A stretch of 64,000 bases of DNA. It comes from Patescibacteria group bacterium (GTDB taxonomy: Bacteria; Patescibacteriota; WWE3; JAUXAW01; JAYEID01). The DNA lies in assembly GCA_034659915.1 (NCBI GenBank), contig JAYEID010000013.1, forward strand, positions 10,627 through 74,626, read 5' to 3'. Position numbers and translations under genes: made by a program. This document shows, piece after piece, positions 57,780 to 64,000 of the stretch (position 1 is the stretch's first letter; every line of letters begins with the position of its first letter). Below the pieces are notes generated by a model. It saw only the letters and a program-made list of their open reading frames with translations. It searched no databases and had not been told where the DNA came from.

Positions 57780-58130
57780 ATGATAGTTAAGCATTATAAG
57801 GACAAAAAAGAAAGACGGAGGCAGCGAATTCGGGGCAAGATTCAGGGAACATCCCAGAAGCCGCGCCTTTCAGTTTTTAAGTCAAATAAGCATATTTATG
57901 CTCAGTTGATAGACGATACTGTTGGTGAAACTCTTGTATCGGCATCGGATAATGATTTGGAAGTAAGTGGGAAAAATAAGGAAGTTGCTCGAAAAGTTGG
58001 TCAGGAGTTGGCGAAAAAAGCAAAGAAGAAGGGGATTGAGGAGGCTGCCTTTGATCGTAGTGGTTATCCTTTCCATGGTCGGGTAAGGGCTGTGGCAGAG
58101 GGAGCCCGGGAAGGAGGTTTAAAGTTCTAA
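57780..58130 (+). CDS. rplR: 50S ribosomal protein uL18
   Basis: [21 protein letters not shown]. Confidence 0.98.
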   Translation: MIVKHYKDKKERRRQRIRGKIQGTSQKPRLSVFKSNKHIYAQLIDDTVGETLVSASDNDLEVSGKNKEVARKVGQELAKKAKKKGIEEAAFDRSGYPFHGRVRAVAEGAREGGLKF

Positions 58131-58139
58131 TTTATTATT

Positions 58140-58616
58140 ATGGAAGAAAGAAATCAGAAGGAACAAAAAGAGTTTGAAGAAAAAGTGCTTGAGATTCGAC
58201 GTGTTTCTAAAAAGACAGAGGGAGGTAACCGTTTTAGGTTTACAGCCTTGGTAGTAGTTGGAGATCGTAAAGGTAGGGTAGGAATGGCTTTGGGGAAGGC
58301 TCCGGGGGTAAGACCAGCTATAGACAAAGCTACTTCTAAGGCAAAAAAGAATCTGCAAAAAGTTGTTTTGGAGAATGGTACTATCCCCTTTGAGATTAGG
58401 GTAAAGGAGGGCGCTGCTGATATTTTGCTTCGCCCCGCACCGGCAGGAACTGGAATCTCGTTGGGAGGTGCAGCACGGACAATTGCGGAGTTAGCTGGAA
58501 TTCAAGATATTACTGGAAAGATTTTAGGTACTAGGAATAAATATTCTAATGCTCTAGCAATGTTTAAAGCTTTAGAGAGGATTAGAGAACTCTCTCGTAA
58601 ATATGAAACTAAATAA
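58140..58616 (+). CDS. rpsE: 30S ribosomal protein uS5
   Basis: RVSKKTEGG, ALVVVGD, PAPAGTG. Confidence 0.98.
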   Translation: MEERNQKEQKEFEEKVLEIRRVSKKTEGGNRFRFTALVVVGDRKGRVGMALGKAPGVRPAIDKATSKAKKNLQKVVLENGTIPFEIRVKEGAADILLRPAPAGTGISLGGAARTIAELAGIQDITGKILGTRNKYSNALAMFKALERIRELSRKYETK

Positions 58617-59016
58617 GTTACCAAAAATTAAAAAAGGGAAGAAAAAGCGGGTGGGACGTGGGTATGGTAGTGGTAAGGGAGGTCATACTACGGGCCGCGG
58701 TCAAAAGGGTCAGAAGGCGCGATCGGGGGGGACAGCAAAGAAGCCACGAGACTATGGTAAGGAAAAGGGTTTTGAACCACCAACCAGGAAAGAACCTGCA
58801 ATTTTAAACGTTTCTAGCTTAAATGTGTTTTCAGATGGTGCAGATGTAAATCCCGATACTTTGGTGGAGGTTGGTTTACTGGAGAGAATTCCAAAAGACG
58901 GTGTTAAAGTTTTAGGTAAAGGTGTTTTGGAAAAGAGTTTATCTGTTGAAGGTATGGAGGTGTCAAAAAAGGCAAAAGAAAAAATAGAGGCGGCAGGAGG
59001 TGCAGTTAAAAATTGA
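58603..59016 (+). CDS. rplO: 50S ribosomal protein uL15
   Basis: RVGRGYGSGKG, GRGQKGQKARSG; overlaps rpsE, no rpmD between them. Confidence 0.98.
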   Translation: MKLNKLPKIKKGKKKRVGRGYGSGKGGHTTGRGQKGQKARSGGTAKKPRDYGKEKGFEPPTRKEPAILNVSSLNVFSDGADVNPDTLVEVGLLERIPKDGVKVLGKGVLEKSLSVEGMEVSKKAKEKIEAAGGAVKN

Positions 59017-59067
59017 TAATTTATGGGAAAAGCTTTGGAATTTGCGTAAAAACTGCTTAAGAATTAA

Positions 59068-60342
59068 ATGCTAGAGAAAATAAGTACAGTATTTAAAATA
59101 AAGGACCTTCGTCGAAAAATTCTTTTTACCCTTTTTATCCTTGTTGTTTTCAGATTGGCAGCTAGTATCCCAGTGCCTGGTGTAGATAGAGCAGCTTTAC
59201 AACAACTTTTTCAAGCTAGTGAGTTGTTGGGTCTTTTGGATATGTTTTCTGGGGGAACGATGCAGCAGTTTTCTATTGTAACCTTAGGTCTGAACCCATT
59301 TATAAATGCTTCTATTATTATGCAGTTGCTTACCGTGGTTTTTCCCAAACTGGAAGAACTTTCCAAAGAAGGAGATTACGGAAGAGCAAAAATTGAGCAA
59401 TACACAAGATTTTTAACTGTGCCCCTAGCGCTTGTCCAGGGATTTGGAATGTATAGTTTGTTTAGACGGCAGGGCGTGTTACCCGCAGTTTCGATCTTTG
59501 CTTTGATTTTGTTAATTGTAACATTGGTTTGTGGCACAATGTTTTTAGTTTGGTTAGGGGGTTTGATTTCAGAATATGGACTTGGAAACGGCACTTCCGT
59601 AGTTATCTTGGCTGGTATTTTGAGCCGAGTACCTTTGAATGTAGTTCAGATCACCTCTACTTTGCGAGGAACTGATGCCTTTGCTTTTCTTGCGTACTTG
59701 GCATTTATTTTGGCGAGTTTTGCTTTGGTGGTTGTGGTTAGTGAAGGAACCAGGCGGGTGCGAGTGGAATATGCGCGAAGGTCGCGGGGCAATACTTCGA
59801 CAGGGGTGCAAAATTATATCCCATTAAGAGTTAACCAAGCAGGCATGATTCCTATTGTGTTTGCAGTTTCCCTGACTCTAATTCCCTCACTGATTGGTCA
59901 GTATATAGGGGATACTTCCCTTCCCTTGCTTGGCTCTGTCTTGGGTACTTTAACAAATATTTTCAATCCTGATTCTCCAGTCTATAACTTGCTTCTTTTT
60001 TCTTTAGTGGTTGCATTTACGTATTTTTATACTGCTGTTACTTTTGACCCAGCAAAGATTGCTGATGATATAAAGAAGCGCGGCGGTTTTATTCCTGGCA
60101 TTAGACCAGGTAAAGCCACAGAAAGTTACTTGGAATGGGTATTAGTTAGAATAACATTGGTGGGAGGTGTTTTCTTAGGCTTAATGGCAATATTGCCAAG
60201 TCTTCTACGCGCGCTTACTGGTATATCAGGTACTATTATTCAAGGTTCTGGATTGCTAATTGTTGTTTCTGTAGTATTAGATATTTTGAAAAAGGCTGAG
60301 GCGCGAATGGTAATGAGTGATTATGACGGCTTTTTAGATTAA
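59068..60342 (+). CDS. secY: Preprotein translocase SecY
   Basis: [26 protein letters not shown]. Confidence 0.98.
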   Translation: MLEKISTVFKIKDLRRKILFTLFILVVFRLAASIPVPGVDRAALQQLFQASELLGLLDMFSGGTMQQFSIVTLGLNPFINASIIMQLLTVVFPKLEELSKEGDYGRAKIEQYTRFLTVPLALVQGFGMYSLFRRQGVLPAVSIFALILLIVTLVCGTMFLVWLGGLISEYGLGNGTSVVILAGILSRVPLNVVQITSTLRGTDAFAFLAYLAFILASFALVVVVSEGTRRVRVEYARRSRGNTSTGVQNYIPLRVNQAGMIPIVFAVSLTLIPSLIGQYIGDTSLPLLGSVLGTLTNIFNPDSPVYNLLLFSLVVAFTYFYTAVTFDPAKIADDIKKRGGFIPGIRPGKATESYLEWVLVRITLVGGVFLGLMAILPSLLRALTGISGTIIQGSGLLIVVSVVLDILKKAEARMVMSDYDGFLD

Positions 60343-60389
60343 CTTGTTGTTGTGCGTATGCTCTTCCTGAAAGGAGGTTGTAAATAAAA

Positions 60390-60659
60390 TTGATACTAGA
60401 TAAAGCTAAAAGACTCTATAATTTAAAAAAGAAAGCAGATAAGATGAAGAAGAAGATGCGCAAGATTGAAGTGGATACCCAAGTTGGCAATGTACGGGTT
60501 GTGATGCGGGGTGACCAGAGTGTGAAATTAATAGAAATAGATGGTAAAAGAGTAGAAAATGTGGAAAAGGCCCTAAACAAAGCATCGAACAGGATTCAGA
60601 AAAAGGTAGCAAAGCAAATGCAGGGGCAAATGGGGGATTTGGGAATACCGGGATTGTGA
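60390..60659 (+). CDS. YbaB/EbfC-like nucleoid-associated protein
   Basis: N-terminal coiled coil, VRVVMRGDQSVKLIEI, ALNKA, C-terminal LGIPGL; AGGAGG RBS. Confidence 0.7.
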   Translation: MILDKAKRLYNLKKKADKMKKKMRKIEVDTQVGNVRVVMRGDQSVKLIEIDGKRVENVEKALNKASNRIQKKVAKQMQGQMGDLGIPGL

Positions 60660-60931
60660 TGTTTAACCTGTCTCACTGCTTTTTGGCATGCTAGTTATTT
60701 TTAGTAGTGTTAAGTGTAGTAAAGATTAGTAAAGTAGTTGTAAAGTGTTGAGGAGAATTGTTGCTTTTTTAACTCGTTAAGAGTTAAAGAGTTAAGGGTT
60801 AAAAAGAGGGAGAAAGCTAGGTTTGAATACTTAACTTTTTAACAGTTTAACGCGAGCTCTTGCGAGCACTTAACGATTGTGGAATTAGTTTTAGAATTAT
60901 TGAGAAGTTGCCTTAATGGCCCGCTTTACCT

Positions 60932-61471
60932 ATGAACATAGTGATTATAGGCCCACCGGGGTCGGGAAAATCTACTCAGGCAGATCTTTTAGCTAAGGAA
61001 TTGGGTGTTCCCCATATTTCTACTGGGATTATTTTTCGTGAAATTGCGGATCGGGATTCAGGATTAGCACGAAGTGTAGAAAATTATTTGGAAAAGGGCG
61101 AATTTGTGCCTGACGAAGTTGTGATGAAGGTTTTAGAGGAGGAACTGCCTAGAGAAAAGTACCGACAAGGTTTTGTTTTGGAAGGCTACCCCCGAAACAT
61201 TTGGCAGGCAAAAAACGCACCTTTTCAGCCGGACAAGGTTTTTTATTTGGATGTTTCGGATGAGGAAAGTATGCACCGCCTGTTGAAACGTGGTCGTGAG
61301 GACGATACAGAAGAAATAATCGAAAAACGGTTGGCTGATTATCATCAGCAGACAGAGCCGGTTCTATCTTTTTATAGTGAGAAGGGGGTTTTAGAGCCTG
61401 TGGATGGTGAGCAAAAAATTGAGGAGATTTTTGAAGACTTAAAAGGTTATTTTAGTAATGATAAAGATTAA
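60932..61471 (+). CDS. adk: Adenylate kinase (short LID)
   Basis: GPPGSGKST, HISTG, EGYPR, GREDD. Confidence 0.95.
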   Translation: MNIVIIGPPGSGKSTQADLLAKELGVPHISTGIIFREIADRDSGLARSVENYLEKGEFVPDEVVMKVLEEELPREKYRQGFVLEGYPRNIWQAKNAPFQPDKVFYLDVSDEESMHRLLKRGREDDTEEIIEKRLADYHQQTEPVLSFYSEKGVLEPVDGEQKIEEIFEDLKGYFSNDKD

Positions 61472-62249
61472 GTCAAAGAAAGATATTGAAAAGATGGCAA
61501 AGGGCGGTCTGATTACTGCTAAAGCACGCGAAGAGGTATTAAAAGCTGCTGTTCCCGGTGTAAAGACGGCGGATTTGGAGGAATTGGCTGTAAATAGAAT
61601 TAAAGAGTTGGGCGGGGAGCCCGGTTTTATGAAGGTTCCCGGTTATGATTGCGCTACCTGCATTAACCTTAATGCGGGTTTGGTTCACGGAGTACCATCC
61701 GAAAACGTAACAGTAGAAGAAGGTGATGTTTTTACCGTGGATTTAGGTACTTTTTATAAGGGTTTTCACACCGATGCCGCTTGGAGTATTGTAGTCGGAA
61801 ATCGGCGTACCGCGTTCCGCGGACTGCAGGAAAAGGAGCATAAAGAGAAGAAAAGGTTTTTGGAGGTGGGGGAGGAGGCGTTGGAAAGGGCGACGGAGCA
61901 GTGTGTTCCGGGGAATTTTGTGGGGGATATTTCCCATGCAATTCAGGAAACAGTTGAAGGTGCCGGTTATAATGTGATTCGGGCTTTGGTTGGACACGGT
62001 GTTGGCGAAGAGTTGCACGAGGGACCGCAAATTCCTTGTTTTGGCAAACCGGGCGAAGGGTCAATGTTAGAAGAGGGTTTAGTTTTAGCTGTAGAGATAC
62101 TTTATGCAGAAGGTGGTCCTGCTATTGAAACTTTAGACGATGGTTGGACAATAAAGACCAAGGACAACTCACTTTCGGCACTTTTTGAAAATACAATTGC
62201 AGTCACTGAGGGTGGTTCTCGAGTGCTAACACCAAACCCCAAATTTTAA
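61458..62249 (+). CDS. map: Methionine aminopeptidase type I
   Basis: VHGVP, DLG...TDAA, GHGVG..LHE, FENT. Confidence 0.96.
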   Translation: MIKIKSKKDIEKMAKGGLITAKAREEVLKAAVPGVKTADLEELAVNRIKELGGEPGFMKVPGYDCATCINLNAGLVHGVPSENVTVEEGDVFTVDLGTFYKGFHTDAAWSIVVGNRRTAFRGLQEKEHKEKKRFLEVGEEALERATEQCVPGNFVGDISHAIQETVEGAGYNVIRALVGHGVGEELHEGPQIPCFGKPGEGSMLEEGLVLAVEILYAEGGPAIETLDDGWTIKTKDNSLSALFENTIAVTEGGSRVLTPNPKF

Positions 62250-62268
62250 TGTTATTAGTACTCCAGGC

Positions 62269-62297
62269 TTGCGCCTTATGGGTTCTTATGATAAGAT
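62269..62297 (+). promoter_or_regulatory. Sigma70 promoter for infA
   Basis: TTGCGC-17 nt-TAAGAT with extended TG. Confidence 0.55.
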
Positions 62298-62330
62298 AAG
62301 CACTGAGACTCCCATAGGGGAGTGCTTATT

Positions 62331-62549
62331 ATGCCAAAAAAAGATTTGGTAAAAAAACGTGGTACAGTTGTTAAATCTTTGCCTAATGCAACTTTTGAGG
62401 TTGAGTTGGAAGATGGTTCTAAGGTTTTGGCTCACACATCGGGAAAGATGCGTCGATATAAGATTAATATTCTGCCTGGAGATGAGGTTGATTTAGAAAT
62501 GAGTAAGCATGATTTGAGCAAGGGTAGAATTGTTTATCGATACAAGTAG
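62331..62549 (+). CDS. infA: Translation initiation factor IF-1
   Basis: [21 protein letters not shown]. Confidence 0.98.
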   Translation: MPKKDLVKKRGTVVKSLPNATFEVELEDGSKVLAHTSGKMRRYKINILPGDEVDLEMSKHDLSKGRIVYRYK

Positions 62550-62633
62550 TGAATGGATTATCACGGAATTTAATAAGGATTATCACTGAAATTCCGTGAT
62601 TTTTTTGATATTTTTCGGTGATAATCTCTTTTT

Positions 62634-62747
62634 ATGAAAGTAAGGTCGAGCGTTAAGAAAATTTGTAAAAAATGCAAAATTGTCCGGCGAAAGGGCAGGG
62701 TGTATGTAATTTGTGAAAATCCGAAGCACAAGCAACGTCAAGGCTAA
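62634..62747 (+). CDS. rpmJ: 50S ribosomal protein bL36 (not in ORF track)
   Basis: [37 protein letters not shown]. Confidence 0.98.
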   Translation: MKVRSSVKKICKKCKIVRRKGRVYVICENPKHKQRQG

Positions 62748-62828
62748 GATGCGGAGAATGCGGAAGCAGAACGGAGAACACGGATTTTTCAGTGTTATCA
62801 GTTTCTTATCAGTTTTATCAGTGTAACC

Positions 62829-63212
62829 ATGGCTAGAATAGCAGGTGTTGAAATACCAGGTAACAAAAAAATAAAAGTCGCTCTTACCAATATCAAGGGT
62901 ATTGGCAGGTCAGCTGCTGAGGATATTTTGGATAAGGTTGGTGTTGATAAAGAACTCCGAACTAAGGAGGTCTCAGCTGATGACTTGGCAAAAATAAGAG
63001 CAGAAATTGATAATAGTTACACTGTAGAAGGTGTACTGACAAGGCAAGTTCGTTTAAATATTAAAAGACTTAAGGACATTGGCTCTTACCGTGGTATGAG
63101 ACACGAGCGAGGATTGCCTGTGCGAGGTCAGCGCACTAAGACCAACGCGCGTACTCGTAAGGGGAGGAAACAAACTGTTGGCGGGACTGGTACAGTTCGA
63201 GAAAAACACTAA
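62829..63212 (+). CDS. rpsM: 30S ribosomal protein uS13
   Basis: [25 protein letters not shown]. Confidence 0.98.
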   Translation: MARIAGVEIPGNKKIKVALTNIKGIGRSAAEDILDKVGVDKELRTKEVSADDLAKIRAEIDNSYTVEGVLTRQVRLNIKRLKDIGSYRGMRHERGLPVRGQRTKTNARTRKGRKQTVGGTGTVREKH

Positions 63213-63296
63213 GAGGAACTATCAATTTCCAATTATCAATTTTAAATTGGTTGACATTACGAGCTACCAGTTACTGGTTACTAATTACTAATTTTT

Positions 63297-63698
63297 ATGG
63301 CTAAGAAAAAGAGGAATTCAAGAAATAAAAAAAAGAAAAGTCGCAGAAAGTTTCCTGCTGAGGGAAAAGCTTATATTACTGCTACCTTTAATAATACTTT
63401 GATTACCGTTACCACACCTTCTGGAGATAAGGTGTGTAGTGCCAGTGCAGGAACAGCGGGTTTTAGAGGTACTAGAAAGTCTACGCCGTTTGCAGCTTCT
63501 CAGGCAGCTCGTCAGGCTGCGGAAGAAGCTACCAACAAAGGTGTGAAGGAGGTGCATGTTTTTGTCAAGGGTCCGGGAATGGGAAGAAATACAGCTATAA
63601 AATCCTTAGAAGCTGGGGGGTTGGAGGTGTTAAGTATTAAGGATATAACACCCATTCCGCACAACGGCTGCAGACCGAAGAAAAGAAGAAGGGTGTAG
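63297..63698 (+). CDS. rpsK: 30S ribosomal protein uS11
   Basis: [23 protein letters not shown]. Confidence 0.98.
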   Translation: MAKKKRNSRNKKKKSRRKFPAEGKAYITATFNNTLITVTTPSGDKVCSASAGTAGFRGTRKSTPFAASQAARQAAEEATNKGVKEVHVFVKGPGMGRNTAIKSLEAGGLEVLSIKDITPIPHNGCRPKKRRRV

Positions 63699-63809
63699 TG
63701 ATAAGCACCAACTTCCAAATAAATAGCAAGCGCCAAATTACAAGATACAAACGAAGCTTTGTTTGTGTTTTGTAAATTGGAATTTGTGTTTTATTTGTAA
63801 TTTCGACTT

Positions 63810-64000
63810 ATGTCTCGTTATACTGGACCAAAATGTAAAATTTGCCGCCGTGAGGGGGAAAAACTTTTTCTCAAGGGGGAGAAGTGTGAAACTCGTAAGT
63901 GTCCCCTTTTCCGGCGTCAACAAGCCCCTGGCCAGCACGGAGATTCTCGGCGTCGTGTGAGTGAATATGGGCAGCAGCTCCGTGAAAAGCAAAAGCTAAA
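63810..64000 (+). CDS. rpsD: 30S ribosomal protein uS4 (partial, runs off the window)
   Basis: [26 protein letters not shown]...PGQHG...[12 protein letters not shown]. Confidence 0.97.
   Translation, partial: MSRYTGPKCKICRREGEKLFLKGEKCETRKCPLFRRQQAPGQHGDSRRRVSEYGQQLREKQKL

Noticed and set aside
58603-58616. Absence of rpmD, short IF2 and AlaRS lacking C-Ala as novelties
   Set aside because: Real, but loss of uL30 is an established CPR trait and the shortened IF2/AlaRS forms are known from reduced genomes; used only as a taxonomic hint.
29-63992. Numerous 60-160-aa antisense or alternate-frame ORFs over housekeeping genes
   Set aside because: Shadow ORFs of conserved genes with no recognisable motifs.
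1-64000. CRISPR array
   Set aside because: No run of identical 23-47-nt repeats with unique equal-length spacers and no cas genes; the repeats are dispersed palindromes or short-period arrays.
1-64000. rRNA, tRNA, tmRNA, RNase P or SRP genes
   Set aside because: No cloverleaf with D/T-loop consensus or rRNA signature recognised; the ggttcga at 1833 lies inside dnaK. A covariance search was not run.
1-64000. Alternative genetic code (TGA recoding as in Gracilibacteria/SR1)
   Set aside because: Conserved genes are full length under code 11 and several end in TGA (e.g. infB, rplN, rplX).

Overview
This 64 kb window is core bacterial chromosome, with almost all genes on the + strand and genetic code 11. 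The gene content fits a Patescibacteria/CPR genome, possibly Microgenomates/WWE3-like (inference): no uL30 between uS5 and uL15, short IF2, AlaRS without C-Ala, a Lon AAA-only protein, and an FtsA-like + baseplate-J-like pair. It contains dnaK, rpsO-pnp, Lon-like ATPase, UDG, RNase J, ftsK, alaS, ruvX, an accessory enzyme block (HDAC, nitroreductase, glycosylases, radical SAM, two TrpR/YerC-like regulators), nusA-infB, dnaJ, mltG, rpoBC and the str-S10-spc-alpha ribosomal superoperon up to the start of rpsD. I saw no rRNA, tRNA, CRISPR array, transposase or integrase. The most striking signal is a dense, nested population of small non-autonomous DNA elements: (i) a 79-bp triple-hairpin element inserted in-frame, in the same frame, in both alaS and mpg; (ii) degenerate 7-11-nt tandem arrays, often followed by their reverse complement, that fill many operon spacers and also sit in-frame in alaS and probably map; (iii) three families of larger palindromic spacer elements, one with two identical 172-bp copies 10.9 kb apart. 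Other oddities are a swapped rplN/rpsQ order, an internally deleted uL3, NusA fused to an alpha-CTD-like domain, three frameshifted genes, and many candidate leaderless promoters. All calls come from reading the sequence and ORF track by eye; no database searches were run.
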